Shown here piece by piece: positions 51,817 through 64,000 of a stretch of 64,000 bases of DNA. Under the pieces are notes generated by a model, which did no database searches, was not told where the DNA came from, and saw only the letters and a list, made by a program, of their open reading frames with translations. Origin of the DNA: Octopus vulgaris. Its lineage: Eukaryota. The stretch covers positions 72,974,001-73,038,000 of the forward strand of contig OX597817.1 of NCBI GenBank assembly GCA_951406725.2, read 5' to 3'. Numbering within the stretch: position 1 is the first letter of the stretch; each line of letters begins with the position of its first letter. The position numbers and the translations under genes were made by a program.

Positions 51817-53073
51817 GTAAAGCAAACAAAACACATTAATAATAATATTTGTAGATTTGCTTGTTTGTTAGTTTTTGTTGATTTCAGCTGTTGATTGAAG
51901 AATTATTTTGTTGTTCGCATCATTACCGCGATTATTTGAAAAATATATCAAAACAAGTTGAGCGATTCAAATGGTATATGTATTAAATACAGAATCACTT
52001 TTTCGCGATCTTTTATTTGCGTGTGATTGTATGAATGTATGTTGGTTTAAAAGAAAATCTACAAAGTAGTCAACAACAGCAACAAGCTGACACGAGCATG
52101 GCTACTGAACAAATATTAAAGGTATTGTAGTGGAAGGGGAGTAAGACGAAGGCCTATACACACACACGCTTGCTTCATTGTAACCGGTGTGTGTGTATGT
52201 CTGTTTCTTGGCGATTCATTTGAATTTGCAGTAAATTGTTACACACTAGTTGTATTTATATAAATATCTATGTAGACGTTCGCGTGTGTGTATGTACGTA
52301 TATAAATATATATATATATATATATATTTATGTGTGTGTGTCTGCTAATTTTCATTAACAGGATGCTATGTAGGGTAACAGACAAATGAATAAAATAGCT
52401 GGCAGTGATTATAATGTAGGCATTTTCATACTGAAGGGAGAAAAATCCATGTCTGGTCGTTTATGGAAATGCATTCATATTTATTTCATTTTCTTTTCCT
52501 TTTAATATTCGCTTAATTACCCCCCCCCCTCTATATATATTTCTTTTTTTTGTGTGTGTGATGGTGGTGGGGGACTTCGATTTTCATGAGGTTAAAGAAA
52601 ATATTTACAACAGCCTTAACTTATTGTTAACTTACAAGTCAGTTCGATTGACAACTTATATTTTAAGCAAAAAGCAGAAGCGAAAAATGTTAGAAAATTT
52701 CTGACATATGCTTCATCATATACTAATCACATTCGTCCCCACCTCCCATGACCCCTTCAAAGCCTTTTTTATTTTGTTTTAATTTTTTAATTCATTGTTC
52801 TTTTCAATTTCGGTACTTTTTTTCTTTTTAGTTTCTTTTCCCCATCCAGTTATATATACGAACTGTTACATCTAAAAAGTGGTGGTAATAGTAGGAAATT
52901 TTGAATGGTTGTAATGTTTGTACTGTTAATGATTTGCATGTAATTTATTTTAAAAATCACCGAATCAGAACTAATTACATGCCTTAACGCCGATTTCTTT
53001 TTTTTATCACTCGACACATGTGGTTGTACACTGCCATATTTGAACACTGTCTAATACCCAGAATGCTATTCAC

Positions 53074-53085
53074 ATGTGACGTCAC
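53074..53085. promoter_or_regulatory. Intronic CRE (ATGTGACGTCAC)
   Basis: 12-bp exact match to the promoter CRE, overlapping the E-box CACATG, within the CpG-retaining part of intron 1. Confidence 0.4.
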
Positions 53086-53979
53086 TTCATTGAAAACTAC
53101 AAACGGAACCAAATATAAAATTGTATTTTTTTCAACATACATGCATATAGACATGCATGTATATATAATATATGAGTGTTTGTGTGTATGCGTCTATTCT
53201 TAGAAGTTGTTTAGATTTCCTCTTCAAAAGTACGGTACTTGAGTATATTAAAGTACATACTTGTGCGTGTCTTTGTTATCGATCAATATATATATATTTA
53301 TATACACACACACATGCATACACACACTCATACATGGATCTCCGTCGGTTTCAGCAATAGTTATACCGGCTCTTATTGAAATGCCTACCCATAACGTAAT
53401 TTGCAGGCAGTCTGTTATAGCGTTGGATGCAATACATCCGATGGGTTTTTACAATTTCTGTTTGTAAAATTTCGCCTATTGGATTTTGGCCAACTCGGTG
53501 CTATAGCAAAAGATACTTGCTCAAGATGTCACGCAGTGGGAGACCGAATGTTTAAGAAATTAGCGTTGCAATCATGACTCTAGTTCAATTTCATTCCGTG
53601 GCATCTTGGGCATGTGTCCGTAACTTCGGGTTAACCAACCAACTATCCTCACATCCTTGTATATGTGTGTCTATGTTTATATATATGCACACATATTCTC
53701 TTCCGTTCGATATATATATATATATATATTGAATTGTCATGCGAAGACTCAAGAATGTGTGAGTGCTTAATAAGTTCGCTTTACAATCATGAGGTCTCCA
53801 GTTCGGTGCTGGGCAATGGATTGTACCTGTTATTCAGTGATCCAACCATCTCACTGTATCACTGATTCGACCTGAAAATTGCATTCAAGATACTCGCATT
53901 CTAATACTCAGCTACACACTCATTAATTTTATGAGAGGTTAAGTTTACTTAATCAGCGTTGTAGCCAACAGAGGATCCC

Positions 53980-54045
<66 letters not shown>

Positions 54046-55131
54046 ATACACACACCAGCTACAATCATTCAAAAGCATATCCATGAAAAAATACGAGAAC
54101 CGTGCATAAGCGAAACAAACAGCTTCATATACTTTAAACCAATGTAAATCCGGCATTGTTAATATTTTGAGCACATATAATTCATTATAAAGTATAAGGG
54201 TTTAATAATGATGATACAGTATAGTAATTATTTAAGCTGCATTTAATAAAATATCACGCTTAGTTACTGTTACCTGGCTCTTTTTAAATACATCAAATTG
54301 TATATTTCTCTAAACTTGCTCCTGCTCTGCCTATACCTTGTTTTAAAGCAAATTTATTTCGATCGTCGTCATCGTATTTTATTTAGTTTTCTATTCATGT
54401 TTCTTTTCGATTATTTTTACATAATTTATCTTAATAATTCTGCTTGCTCTCTCTTCTTCCCTGCCATCATACTTGATCTCTTATTTTCATTTACTATCAC
54501 CTGTCTCCTGCTTGTATTGTCTATCTTACCTAGCAGTAACACTTTGATAGTGAAGGTTAATGGTTGTGATAGTAATAAGATTTTTACTTCGAGAGAGACA
54601 GGCATACATACTGCAATCTACATACGTCCATACATCCACTAATCAACATACATACTTTAAGCTATATGTTCTTTTTATTATTTTAGTCCTTTTGTTTAGC
54701 CTATATGGATTTTTGTTCATTCATTTCTTTTCCGTTTCCTCAGTTCGGATGTATGACTGTCTGCTTGCTTACTATACAGTTATTTTAATAAAGTTCATTC
54801 GTGGAATAATGTAAAAAATTTTTTTTAATGCTCACATAATTTAGCTTTTTTTTTTTACTTTGAAAGAAATCGTACAAAGAATGTTGAAAAACGCATGATT
54901 AAAAATTTTTTCATGCATTTTGACTCTTACCATTGGTGAAATTCATTATTACATTTTTTTATTTTTAAGAAAATGTCCATGTTTGTACACTACTACTATG
55001 CGATTTCTTAAAAGTATTTGGTATAAAAATTTTGTCGGCTTTTTCTTAAACAGAAAATAAAAAACGATTAAGTTTTTTGTATGTATATATGTGTGTGTTC
55101 GTCTGTGCTTGCATGCATAGTTTTTTTTTTT

Positions 55132-55290
55132 TTCTACTCTAGGCACAATGCCCGAAATTTTGGGGGAAGGGGCCAGTTAATTAGATCGATCCCAGTACGC
55201 AACTGGTACTTAATTTATCGACTCCGAAAGGATGAAAGGCAAAGTCGACCTCGGCGGAAATTGAACTCAGAACATATAGACAGACGAAAT
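55132..55290 (-). mobile_element. tRNA-derived SINE (array family), 5'-truncated, CpGs intact
   Basis: TTCTACTCTAGGCACAATGCCCGAAATT..TATCGACTCCGAAAGGATGAAAGGCAAAGTCGACCTCGGCGGAAATTGAACTCAGAAC. Confidence 0.88.
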
Positions 55291-57714
55291 ATCACTGTGC
55301 TTGCATGCATAGTTACGAGGTCTGTTAGCTTCTCCTGGTTCTGAATATTGTAACTCAGTTTACGTGTTATAGATATGGCAGTTATGTACCGTGGTGGTTG
55401 AAGAGAGTGTAGAGGGGCTTGTGTCTGGAAAATGTTTATTTCCTGATAATTACATTTAATAGATATTTAATCTGTCTACACAAGTTCAAAGATGTCTTGT
55501 CTCCGGGAAACATTCGTGCCAGTATGTGCCTCAAACTTTCTAGCGAGTCTAATTTAGACTGGGTTGATATGTAATTGAGCTTGTCTTAAATGTATAACTT
55601 GACCGTGTGAGGGGCTTGAAATCTGATATCTCAACTTTTATTTATGTTATTTATTTTAATTTTTGATTAAGTCATTTATTAATCCAAGCTGTCTGGTTTG
55701 TAAAAAAAAGTGTGTATATATAGTTAAGGGAAAGAAGCGAAAACTCTGCTTACAACATACACGTACTATGCACAGTATATAGACTTCAAATGTGCAATTG
55801 CTCTTTAGAAGTGGAATGTTAAAAATATTTGAAACTTAGTTCTTTTTAATAATCGTTTTTCATTTGTTCCTTTAACGTCGTGGCGCTTTGCATTTCTAAT
55901 AGATCGGTGACTGATTTAGAAGTTAGAATTTTTGCCCTGCTACATTAACTGCCTTCGTATGGCTATGAACTAAGTCCGTATGTACCAACCTTACACTAAG
56001 CAAACAGGCACAAATAACTTACATATGAAGACTGCCAATGTTTGGTATTTGTGTTTTCCAATGTTTGAACTTGAAGTTTTTGTTTATTAAAGAAGTTACG
56101 TGATCTGCTTTCATTTTCTTGTCCTCGTGTGAGGTTAAAGATTTTGTTTCCTCCTTCCAGCTCTTAAATATGTAAATTATGGGTATCTTTTATATAGATT
56201 GATAGATGTGTGTGTTAGTTTATATCGAGTCAGTAAAAGCAATTTAAAATTAAAGTGAATGATCACTCAATTCTTTTTGTAGCTTCTCACCCTGCCCAAT
56301 CACTAAACTACTCCTCTCTTTTTTCTGTTATTTCTTTGCAAAATAATCTGACATTATATTCTCCACACTCGTATAGAATCAATTATACGTGCGGTAAATA
56401 TATGAACAATTAGATTAAGAGAAAAAAACACACCAAATAGTTACTGCACTGAGATTCTAGTTATAGAAAGTGTGGGTGATATTTATTTACTAGAATAGTA
56501 GCGACTGTGACTTCGAAGGTTCGGTCTGCTAGCCTTAAAATCATTCCAGCTGATTTCAATTTATTCAGTTGCAAATATTTTCCCCATTTTTAATGAAAGT
56601 ATATCAAGAGAAATTTAAACTGTATGTGACTTCTTCATTAGAAATGGATAGAAACGAAATCCAACAAAATTAAATCGCGTGCAATAAGGAAAAGCCAGTA
56701 AAATGAGAGCGTATGTATTAGATTTGACGTGAATTATGAGATTGTTAAAGTAGCTACTGTGGTATAAGTAAGTTAGTTGTTCTCTTAGTAAGTTCTGTTC
56801 GACGACTGTGTTCTGAAATATTGATTCAAACTGATGTCTTTTGTTCCAACTTTGAAGAATGCATCATTTTGCGTATTTTTCTATTCTTATTCCGTTAACT
56901 ACAACACGTGTGGTGGTGACCAACTGTGGGGTTAAGATAGCCATGAGGTTACTGACCACATGGTCATCGTGTTTATTTTAAAAAATTAGGGTTTGTTATT
57001 TGTGCCTTGTCCCTCTCCTTGGTAAGGTTCATCAATTACTCCCCTTGCTTCTGTCTGCCAACTTGAATTAACAAAACGGTATCTGTATGTTTAAAAATAA
57101 TTATACATTTTGTTTTAGCATAAAAACACAGGTATCCACTGAACTGTCGTGAGTTCCTGTGTGTGGTCGTTCAAACTGGAAATTATTGGAACGGATAGTG
57201 AAGTTGGGTCCCCTAGTATTTTACGTAAAAGTAGTAGTAGCTAATATCACAAATTTTGTGATACTTGCTACTACTTGAATGCGAGAAGCTGATTTCATTG
57301 ATATTTGTATTTGACAACTCAGTTATGTATACATCTACATACACACCACCACTTATAATATAGAATTGTGTATTCTGCCATTATATTGGTATATTTTGTT
57401 AAATAATGACGGGCTGCTTGGTAAATACCATGGCTGACACCCTTGCGAACTCGCATCGGGAGAAATAGCCATATCATGCTCTGCCTTATAAGGAAAGATT
57501 CTGGGTAATGTAGACCTTAGACGCTTGAGAAAAAAAAAAGAAAAGTAATAGGTACGATAGTCATGGTTGGAATGTTTTTGATCATGGACCTTCTCGACGG
57601 AAGTTGACCTGCAGCTAAGGTTTCCAAAGGCTTTTCTTTCACATATGTTTTGTGTCAAGCTTTCCTGTAAACAGGTTGAAGGCTTGCAGGAAAATGTCTA
57701 CACACACACACACT

Positions 57715-57747
<33 letters not shown>

Positions 57748-58029
57748 GTGTGTTTACTTAATCAAGCATATGCACACGATGCGTCTGAGAAGTAAAATGC
57801 CGTGACAATCTGTCCAACAGTGTTGCTGATTAGCCCCAAGTCAGGCTTGATTAAGCAGACATGGAATCAAAGGCATTCCTGTCCATATTACACGATGTTT
57901 GCTTGTCCTTATTTAAAATTTTGACTGTTATTTCTAGAAGGCTGGTCGAGCAGGTAAAAGACTTCCGCAATGGTTTGTGTGTGTGTGTACATGCATAAAA
58001 TGTATGAGACCACGCAAGTACAAAACAAA

Positions 58030-58370
58030 TAATAAGGTAAAAAAATAGTACTCAGATACCAAAGCAAGAGTAAAATGAAGTGCTTTATTGAAGCTGAAAA
58101 ACTTCTGTCTGGTCGGTTAGGTGAAATTCAGAGTAAAAGTTTAGATTTTCAGCTTAATTAAAACACACACGTGTGTGTATTCTGGTTAAACATGTCCCTG
58201 TGGAGTTTCCCTAACACCAAAGGAACAGTCGGTTCCTCAACACGAGTATAGATAGATATTTGAATATCTGCTCCATATCGGGGGAAACTCCACAGTAACA
58301 GGACCCATTGAAATAAATGACCTACACTCTTTGGTATAAACGCTTACTCCCATTCGTTAAAACCAACAGA
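58030..58370. mobile_element. Probable Penelope-like terminal fragments among (TG)/(TA) tracts
   Basis: Short segments bounded by dinucleotide tracts, with a perfect 14-bp inverted repeat at 58198-58211 and 58282-58295. Family call is from recall only. Confidence 0.35.
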
Positions 58371-59761
58371 TATGTAGATATATATAGATAAGTTAATCAT
58401 ATAAGTATCTTTGTTGAAATTACGGCGATAAGCAAAATATGAGACCTCCCTTTTCTCATGTTATTTGTTACGGTTCAGATTGATTCTTCAAATAGTAGGT
58501 TTTCTTTTTATTTTTCTTTTGTTCTTTTTTGAAATTTGAATTCTGGTATACCTATCTATATATTTCTAATTACCAAAATTAGTCGTTGCCGTACTCACTG
58601 TCTGAGTTAACTTGTACTTTAAGCAGCAGCCTATACACTTTTCGTCTGACCTCTCTCTTAAAATTCAACAATTTTTGCAATTATTTCATCGAAGCATAAA
58701 GCAATTAACCCCATGGCCAGAATAATCTGACAGTGTTACTAATTGCTGAATACCTTTTCTGATAAATTTGCTTCTAATAACCTTACACAATTCGTTATTA
58801 CCAACCAGTTAGGGAGCTGAATATAGTTGAAGTGTCCCTGGAATCACATTCTAACATCTTAAAAATCAGTAACATTGGACAGCGTGGTCCTGTGTTCACT
58901 GTGGACTATAAAGAGAAAATGGTTATTGCTGGAACGTCTTTGATTATAACTTTTGCCCGATTGGAGTTGGCTTAGGGTTAAACAACTAGTTAGTGTCTTT
59001 AATAATAGCTAAAATAAATGCTAAACTTACTGCAATATCAGGAAAGCACTGAAGTTATTATTTTGATATGCAATTAGTTCACTAACTATTAACTATTTTC
59101 ATATGCTTTATATATTAGAGTGGGAGAGAAGAGTAGAGTTGCTGTTTATTAACTTTTAAACTGAGTTGAGTTTTAATTATTTTTTTTCCCACCAAGAGAT
59201 ATTTCTTCATACTTATGAATATTTATGACTTTTTTTTGCATAAAATTTCCTCTGCCTAAAACTCAGTAAACTTGTAATAAATATCCTTTTGAAACTGGTT
59301 CTATGATACTAACTTCCCCTTTTAAAGTGATTTTAATTTTAATTTTTCCATCAAACTTTGATGTCAATTTATACCTTGAACACCAGCTTAATAATGGCAA
59401 AGTTATTTTGATAAATTCTTCATTATTTTCAAAATTAACTGAAAGAAAGACTGTATTTTCACAGAAATGTGGTAACAATAGAATAAACCTTTTGTTACTA
59501 TAGTTCTGTTGAATTACATACAGTCTTTTATACTATTTGTTGGGAGAGGAGAAACGATTTTTAAAAAATTGTATGCATACAGATATGCGCACACACACTC
59601 ACACATGTTTCCTTTCCATATTTAAATAAAACCTCAGCTCAATTTGTTACCATTTGGTGTTTTTTATTCTATTGCTAATTATAAATTTGTTTGTCATGTT
59701 TTTATCGCAAATCTAAAGTTGTACATCAATATTTATCGCACGTATAATTAATTTCTGTTAG

Positions 59762-59972
59762 GGTGTGGAGGAAACCATGTTGGACTGTTTTGCAAAGAAG
59801 CTTTCAGAAACAATAGAAAAAGAGACAAGCAGTGTAGTGATTGGACTGGGGTGAGAGACCAGAAATGAATTTGTTTTAGTCATTTCAAGTTTTGATGAGG
59901 AAAGAAAGTACCTATTTATTTTCTTTTATCCATCACATCTGCAGCAAAGTAAATTCTAAGAAAAGTAATTAG
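59762..59972 (+). other. Candidate exon pair (59762-59850 and 59945-59972) separated by a 94-nt intron
   Basis: Acceptor TTTCTGTTAG, donor GG|GTGAGA, then a pyrimidine tract and CTGCAG acceptor. Joined frame is GVEETMLDCFAKKLSETIEKETSSVVIGLGKVNSKKSN*. The phase does not match exon 1 directly. Confidence 0.3.
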
Positions 59973-62479
59973 TTTTTCGATACAGAAGTATCATCCATTG
60001 TATCCTCTGAAGACTGTAAAATTGAAAATTTCCCAAAGAATAACACAGCCAACCTGTGTGGTTTATCACCAGACACTCCTTGCAGAAGACAATTTTTATT
60101 CTACTGTCTCTTGTGGATTTACCACTTCCAGATATGACAAGATAGCTGGCTTGGATGCCAGGAATTTTTTTTCTATGAAGCAAAAACAAGAAAATGAAGC
60201 TTGACTGAAAATTTTGATTTACTCACTTTTCTTTTGTAACGGTAGTCAGTGAATAAACTGTAGAATGATATTTATAAACTTGCTTAGATCTTATACCATG
60301 AAACAGTTGAAACATAGTTTAACTTTTTTCAGTTACTGGGTTTTTTTGTTTTTTTTGTGGGTGGGGTGGGGTGAATTATACTATATATATATATATTATG
60401 TCTAATCTTAGTTTTAACCTAAATAAAATTATAAACATTTTTGTATCTGAACTCTTGACTGTTAGTGAAATAAGATGGCCAAGGGTTTTCCTATGTTTGT
60501 GAAATGATGTCCATATCAAAAAATGGAAGGAATATTGGGACAAAGAATCTATTAGGTCATGTTAAAATGTGTGTTCTTACTGAGAAGAAATGTAAATTAT
60601 TTGATATTTATGGTACATGTTTTGAAAATAAATTTTGAATAAGAATTATTACAAGCAACTTTTTTTTTGTTTTTTGTTTTTTATGAATTATGGTGCACCC
60701 TTTGAAAACTTAGGGATAACCTCCACAGAATATTAAGGTTGTAATTTTAAGCCTTGTAGTTGTTGTGTAGCCCCATGTCAGTTGTAATTGAGCACTTGTA
60801 GCACAAAGGTGGTGAGCTAAACAACTAGGTACCAGCCCACTAAAAGTAGCTTGACCTACTATAACTGATAACTAAAAATTCCATAACACAGGGATTAATG
60901 CTAGAATATAGTTCTTTTTCCTCCACCTCTAATTACTTTAGGAACAGATTAAAAAGCTAGCTATATATATATATATATATATATATAGCTTAGCTGTGAT
61001 CTAAGTTTGATTGAAAGTTTGGTTAGTGAATTGAAAATCAGTGTTACACTATGGGGAACGCTCCATAATTTATTCATTTAAAGGACTGATATTTTATGAG
61101 TGTATAGTTGATTTCAGTTTCCATATTTTAATTAAAGACTTTTATATTATCTAATTTTGATTTTTGGCTTCACTTTAATTCACTTGAGCATGTGTGCATA
61201 TGCAATTACAAGTGTAACCAAAAGTAGCAATTTTTGTTTTAATGTGCAAAGCCAACACATTAGAGACTACAATGGAATGTATTTTACCATATTACTCTTG
61301 AATCTTCCTATCTTCATACTGGAATCTATTAAATTTTAATCATGAAGTATTTGAGATGTGATAGATGAAGGTGGTTGGCTACAGAAGCTGTTTTTCAGCT
61401 CTGCTGTATCAACGAATCTGTCATTACTTGGATGTAAGGATACATATTAGCTTGTTGCTTACATATACAAGAATGTCTGAAATTTGTTGAGTATAAAAAA
61501 GCTCTTATAAAGTATAAAAAGTTCTCTGTCATTTATGTAAATTTTAACTTGATTTTCGTTTTTTTTTTTGTTTTTTTTTAATAGCATATTAATGGAAATT
61601 TTGTCTGTTTGGAAAAATTTATTTTAAAGAGGTTTACTACCACCATTAAATTTTGAACTGAATTCAGAATCATGCATGATGTATGTTTAAAAGATTTAAT
61701 GGAGGGTGTGTATACCCATTTTCCCCCACCCCACCCCAAGCTGTTATCAAGTGTCAATCTACACTTATCAAAATTAACAAACTATTAATCATTGGACTAA
61801 TTATTTTTTACTTTATTACATATACATATGTAGAATTTTGGTGTTCATGGCATCAAATCTGTTAACACTACCCTGTTACTTTTTATGCAGATTATGTCCC
61901 AGAATTATTGACTTTCTTCCTTTTTTTTTTTAAAGGCATGACAGTTATTTTCAAGAAATGCATGTGATCCTGATCCACACTCCTCTCATTCTCTCCTACT
62001 TTCTCCTTGCTTTGTGTTATCTCTTCTATGTCAAGGCCATGTGAATGTTTACATTGCACCACCCTGTTCTTGTACTGTATATATAAACATAACCTTCTGA
62101 GGGAACTAACTATAAATTTGCATAGCTGTGTATGAAGATAGCGCGTGCACACACACACACAGTCTTGTAGATGTCTATCCAGAAAGTGGTTTTTCTATTT
62201 TCATTTATTTATACTGAGGAGAGCATTAACTTTCAGGCATTCCTGGTCTTGCTAGGTTAGAATATGAAAAAGGGGTATGGTGTTGAGTAGGTTACTGATT
62301 AGTTTTGAACTATTTGTTGTGTTTGCTGAAAAAGATAATTTTGTGATGGGAATATAAAACTGGCTAGGGAAGGATTTCCATATGGGTTGGTTGTTGTTTA
62401 GCCATAGGTCAACCCTGATTAAGCATTTGTTTGAAGTTATTTCAGCAGTGACCATTTTGTCATGTGTGTGTGATGTATA

Positions 62480-63110
62480 CATGTGTATGAGTGTGTAATG
62501 CTGGCATGGCTTGACAGGATCTGACAAGTCACAAAACTACATAAAGCTTCAATGTCAGCTTTGACATGACAGGATGCCCTTCCTTACACCAACCACTTTA
62601 CAGTGTGTACTGGGTGATTAAAAAAATCTTTTTTTAAATTTTTTATTTGTGACACCAGCACTAACGAAGTTACCAAGTAATGTACAAGAGATTTAAAGAA
62701 AAAACCTCACCGAGTGGGGGTGTATTTGAAAGTAGGAGCAATATCTTTATGCCAGGTTTTGAGAGGTTAAAAACATGATAAAGGGACAAGCACAGACATC
62801 TTGCTATTGAGATGATACCTATAAAGGTGGGTGAAAGTACTTGGGAAGAAGAAAACATTGGTGGGGGACAAGGCACCAGAGTGAAGTCCTCAAGGTCCAA
62901 GAAGGTGAGTGAGTGTGAGAGAGAATACAGACAGTGGATGAGGGGTGTGGGGAGGAGAGGGTGACTTCATAAGAATGTGAGAAGAGTTTAAGAGATGGTA
63001 TGGGAGATGATGAACAAGAGTGGAAGTGTGGTTGATGGTAAATATTAGTATGAAGGCAAGGAGGCAAGAAAGGTGGAGGTGACAAGCAGCAGTAGCATAG
63101 AAAAGGAATA
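62480..63110 (-). mobile_element. RTE-type 3' tail with purine/pyrimidine-skewed 5' extension
   Basis: GCTGGCATGG..TTGACAGGATC..GGATGCCCTTCCT..CAACCACTTTACAG. Same architecture at about 10250-10680 (-) and 21930-22460 (+). Confidence 0.65.
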
Positions 63111-64000
63111 TATATATCTATATAAACAGTAGGATGATTTGGCAGAATGTTTAGAGTGTTGGACAAAATGTGTTGCAATATTTGTTCCAGTTTATGTTCA
63201 AGTGTCACTGATGTAAACTTCACCTTTTTATTCTTATGGGATCAACAGAATAAAATACCAATGTAGGGCACTGGATAATTTGAGTGGTTACAACGTTTCA
63301 CAAATGGTTTGCCGAATCTGTTCCTTGTTCCTGCTCTTTACATTTTAAGTGCCCAAGAAGTGTGATACTCTCTGCACCTAGCTGATAAGATGATTTCAAA
63401 AACACTTGAATGAAAGCAATAGAGAGTACCCATTGAATTCTCCCTTAAAAATTCTATGACAAGCGTATTTGTTAAGGAAGTCTTTAGAGATCATTCATCA
63501 ATATGATGGCACATAAAGGAAGGTTACAGTTGGAAGAAGATTTAGCTGCCATTTTTAGCATGTTGGTGGAGTATATAGTAGCTCCTTTGTTGGCTTGTTA
63601 AGGTTCATTTTAAACAATTTGTGGTGTATATGATCTGTTAAAGATAATTTGGTGATGCAAGTTTTAAACTGGTGTGCAAAGATTTCTGGAGGATTCAGTC
63701 TTTATAGTGTATTAGATACACTGTATGGTAAGGCATTATCATAAGCTGCTAGAGGGTCACTCTGACTTAGTAGTCTACGAAGATGTCACTTCACATATAT
63801 TGATCAAGTACTGTAGGAAAAGCAGAGAATTGACCTAAATAAATTGTAATATTGAGTTATATTACACTGTCTTCAGTCGTCATTATTTTAACTTCTACTT
63901 TTCCATACTTGCATGGGTTTGATGGAATTCATTGAGGCTTATTTTCTACAGCTAGATGCCCTTCCTGGTCCCACCTGTTTAAGCAAGGTAATAGTTCTCC

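Noticed and set aside
51095-51836. Antisense and alternative-frame ORFs around the first exon
   Set aside because: These are shadow ORFs from the GC-rich promoter and coding exon.
54298-54814. Hydrophobic 114-aa and 84-aa ORFs
   Set aside because: T-rich intron composition yields F/L/I runs, with no splice or homology support.
62670-63223. 134-aa and 76-aa Pro/Ser/His-rich ORFs
   Set aside because: They are translations of the purine/pyrimidine-skewed extension of an RTE-type repeat.

Overview
AT-rich, repeat-dense eukaryotic DNA. The SINE, RTE-LINE and microsatellite content resembles a coleoid cephalopod, most likely Octopus (inferred from recognising repeat families, no database search). 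The window centres on a CpG-retaining bidirectional promoter at about 51.2-51.3 kb with ETS, CRE and YY1 motifs. On the + strand it drives a gene whose first coding exon (51323-51816) encodes a low-complexity, NLS-bearing N-terminus of unknown identity. On the - strand it appears to drive a long, CpG-depleted spliced transcript whose candidate exons look mostly non-coding. The intronic space holds a TSD-flanked but internally deleted Ty3/Gypsy element whose RT core is replaced by a 77-bp RTE-LINE patch. It also holds Penelope-like sequence carrying a minimal type I hammerhead ribozyme nested in a SINE, a 5S rRNA pseudogene abutting a tRNA-SINE, two adjacent near-perfect palindromes, several MITEs with clean TSDs, a Helitron end, a head-to-tail SINE array and long microsatellites. 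No prokaryotic-type systems were seen. Most short ORFs in the track are microsatellite or repeat noise. Repeat boundaries without TSDs are approximate.
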